Part shown: piece by piece, positions 1 to 9,255 of the stretch
How the letters are laid out: each line of letters begins with the position of its first letter
How positions within the stretch are numbered: position 1 is the stretch's first letter
Assembly: GCA_020161265.1 (NCBI GenBank)
Contig: JAIUOC010000003.1
Span: forward strand, 1 to 43,023
Direction: 5' to 3'
DNA from: Chloroflexota bacterium
GTDB lineage: Bacteria > Chloroflexota > Chloroflexia > Chloroflexales > Herpetosiphonaceae
Length of the DNA stretch: 43,023 nt
Notes under the pieces: generated by a model
Databases searched by the model: none
Told to the model about the DNA's origin: nothing
Seen by the model: the letters and a program-made list of their open reading frames with translations, nothing else
Position numbers and translations under genes: made by a program

Positions 1-308
1 TGGCAAAACCAGGCTCGATCAAACCACACACCAAGTTCAAGGCCGAGGTCTACGTGTTGAAGAAAGAAGAAGGTGGCCGCCACAGCCCATTCTTCAGTGG
101 CTATCGCCCACAGTTCTACGTTCGGACAACGGACGTGACCGGTGCGATTGGCTTGCCCGAAGGTGTGGAAATGGTGATGCCAGGCGACAACATCCAAATG
201 ACGGTGGAGTTGATCGTTCCGGTAGCTATCGAACAAGGCTTGAAGTTTGCGATTCGTGAAGGTGGCCGCACCGTGGGTGCTGGCATCGTGACCGAAATCA
301 TCGCCTAA
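1..308 (+). CDS. tuf: Elongation factor Tu, C-terminal fragment (5' end lies outside the window)
   Basis: Translation ...[41 protein letters not shown]...[15 protein letters not shown] matches EF-Tu domain 3. The frame is open to the window edge and the stop is TAA at 306-308. Confidence 0.9.
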   Translation, partial: AKPGSIKPHTKFKAEVYVLKKEEGGRHSPFFSGYRPQFYVRTTDVTGAIGLPEGVEMVMPGDNIQMTVELIVPVAIEQGLKFAIREGGRTVGAGIVTEIIA

Positions 309-325
309 ACTATTGCTTTGAATCA

Positions 326-366
326 GCACAAACGCGATCAGCCATTTGGTCTGATCGCGTTTGTGC
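326..366 (+). terminator. Perfect 16-bp stem / 9-nt loop hairpin downstream of tuf; no U-tract, so terminator or attenuator-like
   Basis: gcacaaacgcgatcag (326-341) pairs exactly with ctgatcgcgtttgtgc (351-366). It is followed by ctcaacc rather than a T-run. Confidence 0.45.
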
Positions 367-459
367 CTCAACCTGCGTTATCAGCAGGCCAAGTATGACG
401 AACGGGGGCAACCCCGCATTATTATGTTTGGCCCTGATTTACATCTACAGAGGGTTCTC

Positions 460-624
460 ATGGCAAAGAAAGAAAACCGCATCGTAATCACTTTGGCTTG
501 TACCGAGTGTGGCGATCGCAACTACACAACGACCAAAAATCGCAAAAACGACACAAATCGTTTAGAATTGATGAAATACTGCCCACGTTTGCGCAAACGC
601 ACGTTGCACCGCGAAACGAAGTAG
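460..624 (+). CDS. rpmG: 50S ribosomal protein L33
   Basis: [54 protein letters not shown] (54 aa) is L33-like with the CxxC...C pattern. AGAGGG sits 6-12 nt upstream of ATG 460. The track ORF 361..624 carries an N-terminal extension I do not believe. Confidence 0.85.
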   Translation: MAKKENRIVITLACTECGDRNYTTTKNRKNDTNRLELMKYCPRLRKRTLHRETK

Positions 625-689
625 TATTAGAATTGCGCACACGCGGTCGCGCCTAGCGCCCCGCAGCATTTCTATTTCATCAGGAGGTT

Positions 690-908
690 GTGGTGGCCGT
701 GGCAACAGAAGAAAAAGAAGATTACAAACCGAATCCAATCGCCCAATTTTTCCGCGATGCGTTTTCGGAAATGCGTAAGGTCGTTTGGCCAAGCCGCGAG
801 GAAACTCAACGCTTAACGCTGGTCGTTATTGGCATTTCGTTGTTGGTTGGGTCGATTCTAGCAGTCTTCGACTTGCTATTTGAAACGCTGGTGCGGCTGA
901 TCCAATAA
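690..908 (+). CDS. secE: Preprotein translocase subunit SecE
   Basis: A 72-aa protein with one C-terminal TM helix (LTLVVIGISLLVGSILAVFDLLF) and a PSREE motif. GTG start is preceded by AGGAGG. Its position between rpmG and nusG is conserved. Confidence 0.85.
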   Translation: MVAVATEEKEDYKPNPIAQFFRDAFSEMRKVVWPSREETQRLTLVVIGISLLVGSILAVFDLLFETLVRLIQ

Positions 909-933
909 TTACCCGCCGACTGCGAGGCTCAGA

Positions 934-1500
934 ATGTCTGACAACGAAGAAGAAAAATCCACTACTCCCGAAGGTGTCCATTGGTATGTTATTCATACCT
1001 ATTCAGGCTATGAAAACAAAGTGATGCAAAATCTCCGTCATCGGATTGAATCGATGGACATGCGGAATCAAATTTTCCGTGTGGTCGTGCCAACCGAAGA
1101 AGAGATTGAAATCAAAAATGGGCAACGTCGGACTGTTCAAAAAAAGGTGTTTCCTGGCTATGTGCTGGTTCAAATGGCCATGACCGACGATTCGTGGTAT
1201 GTGGTGCGTAATACACCAGGTGTCACTTCGTTTGTGGGCATGGGAACTAAGCCATCACCATTGGCCGATGAAGAAGTTCGCTTTATTCTGAAGCAAATGG
1301 AAGAAGAAGCACCCAAAGTCAAGGTCAACTACGAAATTGGTCAAACTGTCAAAATTACCGATGGCCCCTTCACCGACTTTGAAGGTGTGGTCGATGAGAT
1401 TGACGAAGAACGTGGGCGCGTGCGCGTGCTTGTCTCGTTCTTTGGCCGTGAAGCTCCGGTTGAGCTTGATTTCTTACAAGTTATTCGCGTTATAGAATAA
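934..1500 (+). CDS. nusG: Transcription termination/antitermination factor NusG
   Basis: N-terminal NGN domain (WYVIHTYSGYENKV) and C-terminal KOW motif (FEGVVDEIDEERGRVRVLVSFFGREAPVELDF); conserved synteny. Confidence 0.95.
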   Translation: MSDNEEEKSTTPEGVHWYVIHTYSGYENKVMQNLRHRIESMDMRNQIFRVVVPTEEEIEIKNGQRRTVQKKVFPGYVLVQMAMTDDSWYVVRNTPGVTSFVGMGTKPSPLADEEVRFILKQMEEEAPKVKVNYEIGQTVKITDGPFTDFEGVVDEIDEERGRVRVLVSFFGREAPVELDFLQVIRVIE

Positions 1501-1535
1501 ACACCCGCGACACCTAGTTCGCGAAGGAGTCCTCT

Positions 1536-1961
1536 GTGGCAAAGAAAGTAACCGCAGTCGTTAAGTTGCAATTGCCTGCTGGTAAAGCAACGCCTGCACC
1601 ACCCGTTGGTCCTGCACTTGGTGCAACTGGTATCAACATTATGGCGTTTTGTAAAGATTACAACGAAAAAACGTCAGCTCAAGTTGGTACAATTATTCCA
1701 GTTGAAATTACGGTTTATTCAGACCGCTCTTTCACCTATATTCTCAAAACCCCACCTGCTGCCGACTTATTGCGCAAGGCTGCTGGCATTCAGCGTGGTA
1801 GCGGTAAAACTGGTACCCAAGGGGCTGGCTCAATCACCCGCGCTCAATTACGCCAATTGGCTGAAACCAAAATGCCTGATTTGAACGCTAATGATATCGA
1901 AGCTGCCGAAAAAATTATTGCTGGTACCGCCCGCTCAATGGGTATTGCGATCAAAGACTAA
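1536..1961 (+). CDS. rplK: 50S ribosomal protein L11
   Basis: [29 protein letters not shown]...[12 protein letters not shown] is the L11 signature. GTG start has AAGGAG 7 nt upstream. Confidence 0.95.
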   Translation: MAKKVTAVVKLQLPAGKATPAPPVGPALGATGINIMAFCKDYNEKTSAQVGTIIPVEITVYSDRSFTYILKTPPAADLLRKAAGIQRGSGKTGTQGAGSITRAQLRQLAETKMPDLNANDIEAAEKIIAGTARSMGIAIKD

Positions 1962-1970
1962 GTGAAAATA

Positions 1971-2140
1971 TGAAGGATGAATGATGAATTATGAATTAGT
2001 TTTCATCCTTTGATTTTTACATAGTCAGCCGATTAAATTATTGAAACCAAGCTATGAAGTGATGGCTGAACGATTTTTATCCTTCATCCCTCATCCTTCA
2101 TCCTTATAGATGTTGTGGCAGAAGTTCACGCTTCGTAAAG
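1971..2140. repeat. GGATGAA / TTCATCC module repeat element within the rplK-rplA spacer
   Basis: aaggatgaa (1972-1980) pairs with ttcatcctt (2003-2011). ttatccttcatccctcatccttcatcctta lies at 2077-2106, and gttcacgcttcgt at 2124-2136. The same GGATGAAGGATGAA unit recurs at 18676-18688. Confidence 0.5.
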
Positions 2141-2161
2141 ACCACAAGGAGCTAATTGTTC

Positions 2162-2875
2162 ATGGCAAAGCAACACGGTAAAAAATACCTGGCTGCTGCG
2201 GCAAAAGTAGAAGCAGATCGCTTGTACACGCCCGAAGAAGCTGCGGCTTTGGTCAAAGAAACTTCGTTCACCAATTTTGATGCAACCGTTGAAGTCCACG
2301 TGCGCTTGGGTATCGATCCTCGCCACGCCGACCAAACGGTGCGGAGCACTGCTTCGTTGCCCCACGGCACCGGTAAGAGCGTGCGCGTGTTGGTTTTCGC
2401 TCAAGGCGATACCGAAAACATCGCTCGCAATGCTGGCGCTGAAATCGTTGGCGGCGATGAGTTGATCCAACGCATCGAAAAAGAAAACTTCATCGATTTC
2501 GACGTAGCGGTTGCTACCCCCGACATGATGGGTAAGGTCGGTCGCTTAGGCCGGATTCTCGGTCGCCGTGGCTTGATGCCAAACCCCAAGAGCGGTACGG
2601 TTGTGCCTCCTGGCGATTTGCCTCAAGCGATCAAGGCTTTGCAAGGCGGTCGCGTCGAATTCCGCAACGATAAAACTGGTTTGTTGCACGTTGCCATCGG
2701 CAAAATCAGCTTCACCCCTGATCAAATCCGCGAAAACTTGGTAGTGTTGTTGGATGCGATCAAGGCTGCTAAGCCAAGTGGTTCAAAAGGTGTTTACATC
2801 AAGAGCATTACCCTGACCAGCACCATGGGCCCTGGGATTCCGCTCGATGTGAATGTTGCTCAAGCAACTGCCTAA
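2162..2875 (+). CDS. rplA: 50S ribosomal protein L1
   Basis: [27 protein letters not shown]... is L1 family. AAGGAG lies at 2142-2147. The start could instead be TTG 2156. Confidence 0.93.
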   Translation: MAKQHGKKYLAAAAKVEADRLYTPEEAAALVKETSFTNFDATVEVHVRLGIDPRHADQTVRSTASLPHGTGKSVRVLVFAQGDTENIARNAGAEIVGGDELIQRIEKENFIDFDVAVATPDMMGKVGRLGRILGRRGLMPNPKSGTVVPPGDLPQAIKALQGGRVEFRNDKTGLLHVAIGKISFTPDQIRENLVVLLDAIKAAKPSGSKGVYIKSITLTSTMGPGIPLDVNVAQATA

Positions 2876-2888
2876 TTGTCACCAGCGA

Positions 2889-2928
2889 TCAGCGGGAATG
2901 GCTACTGCCGTTCCCGCTGATGTTGTTT
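2889..2928 (+). terminator. Intrinsic terminator after rplA (10-bp stem, T-rich tail)
   Basis: tcagcgggaa (2889-2898) pairs with ttcccgctga (2911-2920), then tgttgtttta. It lies between convergent rplA and the DDAH-like gene. Confidence 0.6.
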
Positions 2929-3704
2929 TAGCCCTCAGTTTCGTGAATCAGCACGCTGCAACAGGTCAACGCGCCCTCAGCCTTCGTCAACTCGCTGTTA
3001 TCGACCAAAATTAATTGGTAGCCCCGCTGGCGTAAGCGTTCAGCAGTTGCCGAATAGGCCTGATCGTAGAGTAAGCGCCCATCGTGCAGTTGGACCACAT
3101 TCGCCGCAAATTCCTCACGCGGGTCAACTTCGATCACCTGATAATCAGCAAACATTCGCGGTTCGACCCACAGTGGGTTGAGCAAGACGGTATTGCTATC
3201 AACCGCACAAACAGCAGTTTTCAGATGCAAACATTGGCCTAATTCAACCCCCTGGACACGATAGCCAAATGCGGCGGTTAATGCCTGCACCTGCTCGACC
3301 GCTGCCTGATTGCTGCGGCTCGAAAGCCCAATCCAAATCGTTTTGCCCAAAACTACTACATCGCCGCCATCGAGGGTGGCTGGTTCGCTCAGCCATGCTA
3401 GTTGGCGGTAGTTTTGCAATACGCTGGCCATGGCTGCCAACTCTGGGCGACGTGATGCAGCACCAGGCCGCGTGATGATCGCCAGCTCTGAAAAGACCAA
3501 GGCCGTGTCTTCCACAAACACCGAATCAGCCAAATCTTCGGCTACACTGAGTTCGACGACCTGATAGCCGTTGGCCGCCAGTGTGGTGCAATAACCGGCA
3601 TGTTGGCTTTGAGCGCGGCTAAAATCAATTGGCTGCCGTTCAAGATGAGTCAATTCACACTGTTGAATCGCCGGACTAACCGGACGTACAATTGCGGTTG
3701 GCAT
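2928..3704 (-). CDS. Amidinotransferase-superfamily hydrolase, N(G),N(G)-dimethylarginine dimethylaminohydrolase (DDAH)-like
   Basis: 258 aa with pentein-fold features and a C-terminal catalytic-Cys context ...ALTCCSVLIHETEG typical of the DDAH / arginine deiminase family. Confidence 0.55.
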   Translation of the reverse strand: MPTAIVRPVSPAIQQCELTHLERQPIDFSRAQSQHAGYCTTLAANGYQVVELSVAEDLADSVFVEDTALVFSELAIITRPGAASRRPELAAMASVLQNYRQLAWLSEPATLDGGDVVVLGKTIWIGLSSRSNQAAVEQVQALTAAFGYRVQGVELGQCLHLKTAVCAVDSNTVLLNPLWVEPRMFADYQVIEVDPREEFAANVVQLHDGRLLYDQAYSATAERLRQRGYQLILVDNSELTKAEGALTCCSVLIHETEG

Positions 3705-3856
3705 AGAAATTGCTATCCTCCTTGGCTACTTCTAAAGATCCACGTATGTACCACAGGCAGTCGTTCTACGATGGTTTACCGTATAATAACAATAGCATTC
3801 GCATGTTTGCCAGCATCAGGTGTTGGCCAAGCACCAACCTATGGAGGGGTTGCGCC

Positions 3857-5242
3857 ATGGAATTTCGAATGGGTATGTCGCCGGAGGCGCTAGCACAACA
3901 AGCTATGTCAACCAAAGCCTCGCCCGCTTTGATTGCACTTAACAATATGCTGGTGCTTTCAACCCACGAATTGCAACAATTGATCCAACAAGAGCTAGAG
4001 GAGAATCCCGCTTTAGAGAATGTTGACCTAGAGCCAGATGAAACCTGCTCGCGTTGTGGCCGCCCCTTAATCGAGATGCTCTGTTTATACTGCGTTCACG
4101 AAGATCAGCGCTTGGCCGAGGCTGAACGTGGCGATTATACCGCTGCTGGCGAAGACGATGAATTTGATCCATTAATGATGGTGGCGACTCCCGCTCAACT
4201 TAGCGAGGTGTTGCTACGCGATTTACGCGCTTCGTTGCCCGAGCAAGATTATTTTATCGCTGAATATTTGGTTGGCTGTTTGGACGACCAAGGCTTTCTC
4301 GATGCTAACACTGCCGATATTGCTGCAACCATGACGATCGACGAAGAACGGGTGATTGCGGTTTTGCTCAAATTGCAAGATATTGCCCCAGTTGGAGTTG
4401 GGGCGCGTGATGTGCAAGAATGTTTGTTGTTGCAGTTGCGCCGTTTAGAAGAAGAAGATGTACGTCACCCCTATGTGGAGCGAGTGATTACCGAATTTTG
4501 GAATGATTTGGCAGAGCATCGCTATGGGGCAATTGCCCAGGCGCTCAATGCTGAATACGATGATGTGGTTGAAGTGCGCGAGTTTATTCGTGAACATTTG
4601 CGCCCCTATCCGTTGGCGCTCAGTGGCGAAGGCTCAGCCCGCACCAACTATATTATGCCCGATGTGATTATTCGCGAGAACGAGGGCAAACTCGAAGCCG
4701 AAGTGCTGATGTCAGATCGTAGCTTCTTGCGAATTAATCCGCTGTATCAATCGCTGGCTAAACGTGGTCGCGAAGCTGAAGCTGAAATGTCTTCGGAAGA
4801 GCGCGATCATCTTAGTCAATATGTAGCACGTGCTCAAATGTTCCTGACCAATATTCGCCAACGCCGTGAAACCATCCGCCGAATTAGCGAATTTTTGATT
4901 GAAACCCAAGAAGATTTCTTGCGCCAAGGTGTGCGATTTCTGCGGCCAATGACCCGCGCCGAGGTTGCTGATGGCATTGGTGTGCACGAATCAACTGTGA
5001 GTCGTGCGACTGCCAACAAATATGTGCAACTGCCTAATCGCTCGGTGATTCCATTTAGCCATTTTTTCACAGCCTCGTTGAATGTTAAGGATGTGCTGTT
5101 AGAATTGGTGCAAAACGAAGTGCGCCCACTCACCGACCAAGAGTTGGTTGAATTGTTGGCTGAACGTGGCTTTGAGGTGGCGCGGCGCACGATTGCCAAA
5201 TATCGTAATCAATTGAATATTTTGCCCTCAACCTTGCGCTAA
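3857..5242 (+). CDS. rpoN: RNA polymerase sigma-54 factor
   Basis: Region I LxLxxxLQQLxQQELEENPALE, a core-binding region, an HTH and the C-terminal RpoN box ARRTIAKYRNQLNI. GGAGGGG lies 8 nt upstream of ATG 3857. The track ORF 3710.. is an unsupported 5' extension. Confidence 0.85.
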   Translation: MEFRMGMSPEALAQQAMSTKASPALIALNNMLVLSTHELQQLIQQELEENPALENVDLEPDETCSRCGRPLIEMLCLYCVHEDQRLAEAERGDYTAAGEDDEFDPLMMVATPAQLSEVLLRDLRASLPEQDYFIAEYLVGCLDDQGFLDANTADIAATMTIDEERVIAVLLKLQDIAPVGVGARDVQECLLLQLRRLEEEDVRHPYVERVITEFWNDLAEHRYGAIAQALNAEYDDVVEVREFIREHLRPYPLALSGEGSARTNYIMPDVIIRENEGKLEAEVLMSDRSFLRINPLYQSLAKRGREAEAEMSSEERDHLSQYVARAQMFLTNIRQRRETIRRISEFLIETQEDFLRQGVRFLRPMTRAEVADGIGVHESTVSRATANKYVQLPNRSVIPFSHFFTASLNVKDVLLELVQNEVRPLTDQELVELLAERGFEVARRTIAKYRNQLNILPSTLR

Positions 5243-5268
5243 GCAGCGGTTCGGGGGAAAGGCTGTGT

Positions 5269-5562
5269 GTGATGCAACGTTGGCGACATTGGCTCGAATG
5301 GTTGTTACTCGGCGGATTAAGTTTATTGATTGCCCGTTTGGTATTGCTGTTGTTTGCTGCCAACCCTGAACAGCCATTTACCCAAATTGTGCTGTGGTTG
5401 AGCCAAGGTTTAGTTTGGCCGTTGGCCTGGCTTGATCAAGCGCAACCAACGACTGGCGTGCGTTTTGAGCGTGGCACGTTCTTGCTTATTATGCTTGGAC
5501 TGGTCGGAATGGGCATTTGGCAATTGCGCCAAGCACGGAGAACTAACCATGGAATGGAGTAG
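5269..5562 (+). CDS. Small hydrophobic membrane protein (2 predicted TM), function unknown
   Basis: 97 aa with two long hydrophobic segments. GGGGGAAAGG is upstream. It overlaps the next gene by 14 nt. Confidence 0.4.
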   Translation: MMQRWRHWLEWLLLGGLSLLIARLVLLLFAANPEQPFTQIVLWLSQGLVWPLAWLDQAQPTTGVRFERGTFLLIMLGLVGMGIWQLRQARRTNHGME

Positions 5563-5929
5563 CTTCTTTCGGATTGTCGGTTGGATAATCGCCATTGCTG
5601 GTGGCTTGGGCTTGGCTGGCCTAGCCTTGATTTGGTATCGCCTGAAAAGCCTAAATGTGCCTGATGGCGCTTCCTATCGCGAAACGATGCTGCGGGTGCC
5701 GCTCAGCTTAGTGATTGTACTTGACCTGCTGGATTTGGCGTTTGATGTGTTTGCCGCGCCAATTTCGTGGATTGTGCTGAGCCATTTCAATTTACAAGGT
5801 TTACGCCGAGTTAGTGTGGTCGAGGCTTTGATTCCAGGTACGCAAGTTATTCCATGGATGACGGTGAGTTGGTTTGCGGTACGCTTATTTGATCGTTATG
5901 CCCAACCAGATGAAAGTATTGAGCCATGA
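5549..5929 (+). CDS. Membrane protein (about 3 TM), function unknown
   Basis: MEWSSFFRIVGWIIAIAGGLGLAGLALIW... has GGAG 8 nt upstream of ATG 5549. Its end overlaps the next start (ATGA, 5926-5929). The track ORF 5432.. carries an unlikely leader. Confidence 0.45.
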   Translation: MEWSSFFRIVGWIIAIAGGLGLAGLALIWYRLKSLNVPDGASYRETMLRVPLSLVIVLDLLDLAFDVFAAPISWIVLSHFNLQGLRRVSVVEALIPGTQVIPWMTVSWFAVRLFDRYAQPDESIEP

Positions 5930-6891
5930 GCGATGAGGCCACTTTGAAGATTAGCCTAATTATGAATCCAGCCTCAGGCACATCCGAGCAGGGTGCATTG
6001 CTACGTGAAACGCTTGCCCCAATGAGCGGCGTGAGCATCTTGACCACCGATGCTGCTGGCGATGGTGAGCGTTTGGCCCGCCAAGCAGTCGCCGATGGGG
6101 CTGAATTGGTTGTAGCGGCTGGCGGCGATGGCACGATCAACGAGGTTGTCAAAGGCTTGCTCGAAGCCGAACGACGGGTTCCATTGGGCATCATTCCGCT
6201 GGGCACTGGCAACGATTTGGCACGGACTTTGGCTTTGCCAATCGATCCATTAGAAGCTTGGAAATTGATTTTGGTTGGCGAACGGCGTAAGCTTGACGTA
6301 ATCGAGATTCGCACGCCGCGCGAATTGCATTATGCCTTGAATGTATCGGCGGGCGGGTTTAGTGGCCAACTCAACGAAGCCTTATCCAGCGAAGTCAAAT
6401 CGGCTTGGGGGCCGTTGGCCTATTTGCGGGGAGCCTTGGGTGTTTTGCCCGATTTGACCAGCTATCGCACGACAATTCAATACGATGATCAAGCCCCCGA
6501 GCAAGTTGATGCGCTGAATATTATTATTGCCAATGGCCGAACCGCTGCGGCAGGAGTGCAAGTTGCCCCGCTAGCCAACCCCGAAGATGGCTTACTCGAT
6601 GTAGTGATTGTGCATTATGGCTCGATTGTGCAGTTGGCAGGAGCGGCGGCACGCTTATTGGTCAATGGCAATTATCTAAATAGCGAGTTGGTCGAGTTGC
6701 GGCGAGCCAAAAAAGTGCAAGTTATCTCTGATCCTGAGATTTGGTTCAACGCTGATGGCGAATTAATTACCAATGAGCCAATTGTGTTTGAAGTGCTGCC
6801 CCAAGCCTTAGAAGTTGTGGTCGGCGCTGAGTATCAAGCCGTAATTGAGGATTCAGGGGCGAGGAGTCAGGGCTCAGGGATTAGCGTTTAG
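5926..6891 (+). CDS. Lipid kinase, diacylglycerol-kinase catalytic-domain family (YegS/BmrU/DagK-like)
   Basis: DAGK_cat signatures: NPASG, an AAGGDGTINEV loop and GIIPLGTGNDLAR. 321 aa is typical for this family. Confidence 0.75.
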   Translation: MSDEATLKISLIMNPASGTSEQGALLRETLAPMSGVSILTTDAAGDGERLARQAVADGAELVVAAGGDGTINEVVKGLLEAERRVPLGIIPLGTGNDLARTLALPIDPLEAWKLILVGERRKLDVIEIRTPRELHYALNVSAGGFSGQLNEALSSEVKSAWGPLAYLRGALGVLPDLTSYRTTIQYDDQAPEQVDALNIIIANGRTAAAGVQVAPLANPEDGLLDVVIVHYGSIVQLAGAAARLLVNGNYLNSELVELRRAKKVQVISDPEIWFNADGELITNEPIVFEVLPQALEVVVGAEYQAVIEDSGARSQGSGISV

Positions 6892-6960
6892 TGTTGCTTG
6901 ACAAGATATTCCTGAACCCTAGCCCCTAGTCGCTGGCCCCTCGATAAAAGGAGTTTTACG

Positions 6961-7263
6961 ATGACTGACGATTTACGTGATGAACTTCGTGAGTTAGCGG
7001 GATATCGCAATGAAGAAAGTGATATTTTGGGTGTTTTCAATGCTGATGAAATTGAACAAACCCAAGATTTTACTGTGACCGACATTGAACAAGGCGAAAC
7101 CGAAGCGTATGCCGATTTGAGCGAACCCTTCGAGTCGCTTGATGAATTAACTAGCGAAAACTTACGCGAAGGTGAAACCGACGACGTGATGGAGGCAATC
7201 CAAGAAGGTCTCAGTTATGTGCCCCCAATCGACGACCCTTTAGATTTTGATGATCCTGAGTAG
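6961..7263 (+). CDS. Highly acidic small protein, function unknown
   Basis: 100 aa, about 36 % Asp+Glu, no hydrophobic core evident. AAAGGAG lies 7 nt upstream of ATG. Confidence 0.5.
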   Translation: MTDDLRDELRELAGYRNEESDILGVFNADEIEQTQDFTVTDIEQGETEAYADLSEPFESLDELTSENLREGETDDVMEAIQEGLSYVPPIDDPLDFDDPE

Positions 7264-7268
7264 GAATG

Positions 7269-7342
7269 CGGCTATGGGCTTATGCTGTTCTCATCAGTTT
7301 ATGATGCGATGCCCATAGCCATTATTCCTCTGCGCTTCTACG
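7269..7342. repeat. GGCTATGGGC / GCCCATAGCC hairpin plus an ATTATTCCTCTGCGCTTCT module between convergent genes
   Basis: ggctatgggc (7271-7280) pairs with gcccatagcc (7311-7320). The following attattcctctgcgcttct closely matches ataatacctctgcgcttct at 27141-27159. Confidence 0.5.
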
Positions 7343-7388
7343 TTATTGGCGGATGTCTGATTTCTAACAACTAATCCTCAATCCCCGC

Positions 7389-9119
7389 TTATTCAACCAA
7401 ACGCCCTGCCACACTATATTCTTGATGATTGAAAGCCGACTGGACTTGCTCGCTGGCAGTGGGAATTAATTGAGTATCCAGTTGCAGCCGCAAGCGTTCG
7501 TGTTCATCACGATAGGGCTTGATCACGATTGTGCGCTGCCAGAGCGGATCAGTTGCGGGGTAATCGCTGCGTTGGTGTGCACCACGACTTTCGGGGCGCA
7601 TCAATGCCGCCAAAATTGTCGCTTCTGCGGTCAATAACATCGATTGTAAATCTAAAGTTGCGGCGATATCGGCTGCACCAACCGAGCGTTGCTGGGCTTG
7701 AAAGCGCAACGTATTCAGTTGATCAAGGCTAGCTTCGAGCGTTTGTTCGGTGCGTACCACGCCAGCGCCATGCCAAACGAGCTGTTGCAATTGGTCGATT
7801 AGGCTGCGTTGGAAGGCTCCTGATTGTTGGCTGGCCCAGGCCAAACGCTCAGCGGCTGCTTGCATTTGGGCTTCGTGCAAGCTTTGTTCGCCGTGTTGGC
7901 GCACATATTCGGCGGCATGCTGGCCTGCAATTCGCCCAAATACCAGTATTTCGGCCAAACTATTGCCGCCTAGCCGATTGGCTCCGTGTACGCCCGCCGT
8001 AACCTCGCCTGCCGCATATAACCCAGCAATGTTGGTGGCATGGCTGAAAGGATCGACCTGCAAGCCACCCATCGAATAATGGGCGGTGGGAGCAATTTGC
8101 ATGGCTTCGCGGGTAATATCCACCCCAACCGCCTGAAACTGTTCAACCATACGTGGCAAGCGCTCGTGGATTAAGCTGGCTGGAATATGACTAATATCGA
8201 GCCAAACCCCGCCATGTTCAGTGCCACGGCCTTCAATAATTTCGGTGTAATTGGCCAAAGCCACCCGATCACGCGTTGATAACTCCATGCGTTCAGCATC
8301 ATAACGCAGCATAAAACGTTCGCCATGGCGGTTGTAAAGTCGCCCACCCTCGCCGCGTACCGCTTCAGTCACCAAGGTTCCGGCCAATTCATGCGGGAAG
8401 ATCATGCCCGATGGATGGAATTGCACCAGCTCCATATCAGCTAGGTACGCACCAACTTGCAATCCCAAAGCCATACCATCGCCAGTATTTTCGCGCCGCC
8501 GCGACGAGGAACGCTGATAACTATGAATATGGCCGCCAGTCGCCAAAATCACGGCTTTGCTTTCGATCGCAAACTCACGTTGGTCGGCTAGCCAAAAGCC
8601 ATACGCCCCATTGACCCGATTGCCTGTGTGCAGCAAATCGCTGATATAGGCACGTTCGAGAATCGGAATTTGGCGGCGCTCAACTTCACGGATCAAGGCT
8701 TTGATGATCTCAAGCCCAGTGTAATCGCCAACAAAACAGGTGCGTCGATAGCGATGCGCCCCAAAATAACGCTGATCGATCAGGCCAGAACTGGTTCGAG
8801 CAAAGGGCATACCCCAAGCCTCAAGTTCTGCAATCGCCTTGGGTGCTTGTTGACAGAGCAATTCGACCATGCGCGGGTCGCCCAGCATCCGGCCTTCTTG
8901 CAAGGTATCGGCGGCGTGAATCGCCCAATTATCTTCAACGTCGACCGTCGCCAGTGCTGCATTGATGCCGCCAGCCGCCAAAACCGTATGCGCATCGGCT
9001 TTGGGGCGTTTGCCCACCAGCAACACCTGCAAGCCTTGATCATGCAGTTCGATCGCTGCGCGTAAACCTGCCCCACCTGTGCCAATCACCAAAACATCAG
9101 TTGTGTAATGTTGCCGCAT
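7389..9119 (-). CDS. FAD-dependent oxidoreductase, succinate dehydrogenase / fumarate reductase / L-aspartate oxidase flavoprotein family
   Basis: N-terminal DVLVIGTGGAGLRAA dinucleotide fold, HTVLAAGGINAA, an active-site region RPESRGAHQRSDYP and a C-terminal helical domain. No sdhB/C partners lie adjacent. Confidence 0.8.
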   Translation of the reverse strand: MRQHYTTDVLVIGTGGAGLRAAIELHDQGLQVLLVGKRPKADAHTVLAAGGINAALATVDVEDNWAIHAADTLQEGRMLGDPRMVELLCQQAPKAIAELEAWGMPFARTSSGLIDQRYFGAHRYRRTCFVGDYTGLEIIKALIREVERRQIPILERAYISDLLHTGNRVNGAYGFWLADQREFAIESKAVILATGGHIHSYQRSSSRRRENTGDGMALGLQVGAYLADMELVQFHPSGMIFPHELAGTLVTEAVRGEGGRLYNRHGERFMLRYDAERMELSTRDRVALANYTEIIEGRGTEHGGVWLDISHIPASLIHERLPRMVEQFQAVGVDITREAMQIAPTAHYSMGGLQVDPFSHATNIAGLYAAGEVTAGVHGANRLGGNSLAEILVFGRIAGQHAAEYVRQHGEQSLHEAQMQAAAERLAWASQQSGAFQRSLIDQLQQLVWHGAGVVRTEQTLEASLDQLNTLRFQAQQRSVGAADIAATLDLQSMLLTAEATILAALMRPESRGAHQRSDYPATDPLWQRTIVIKPYRDEHERLRLQLDTQLIPTASEQVQSAFNHQEYSVAGRLVE

Positions 9120-9255
9120 AGCCTACCTCGTTGTGTAGCGTGAAGCCTTGGCCCAATCAACTATTGCCCCTTATTGCGCCAAAGCAATTTTGTTGTTGTT
9201 AAACACTCTACCGTTAACAAATCGCTACGTCTAAGATATGATTGCTCTAGAAATC

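Noticed and set aside
361-459. 5' extension of the rpmG ORF (MCLNLRYQQ...) overlapping the tuf hairpin
   Set aside because: L33 homology starts at MAKKENR (460), which has its own RBS. The extension overlaps the terminator-like stem-loop.
1606-1884. 92-aa alternative-frame ORF inside rplK
   Set aside because: It lies wholly within the confidently identified L11 gene in another frame.
3710-3856. 49-codon N-terminal extension of the rpoN ORF given in the track
   Set aside because: The extension is not sigma-54-like. A strong GGAGGGG RBS precedes the internal ATG 3857, where region I homology begins.
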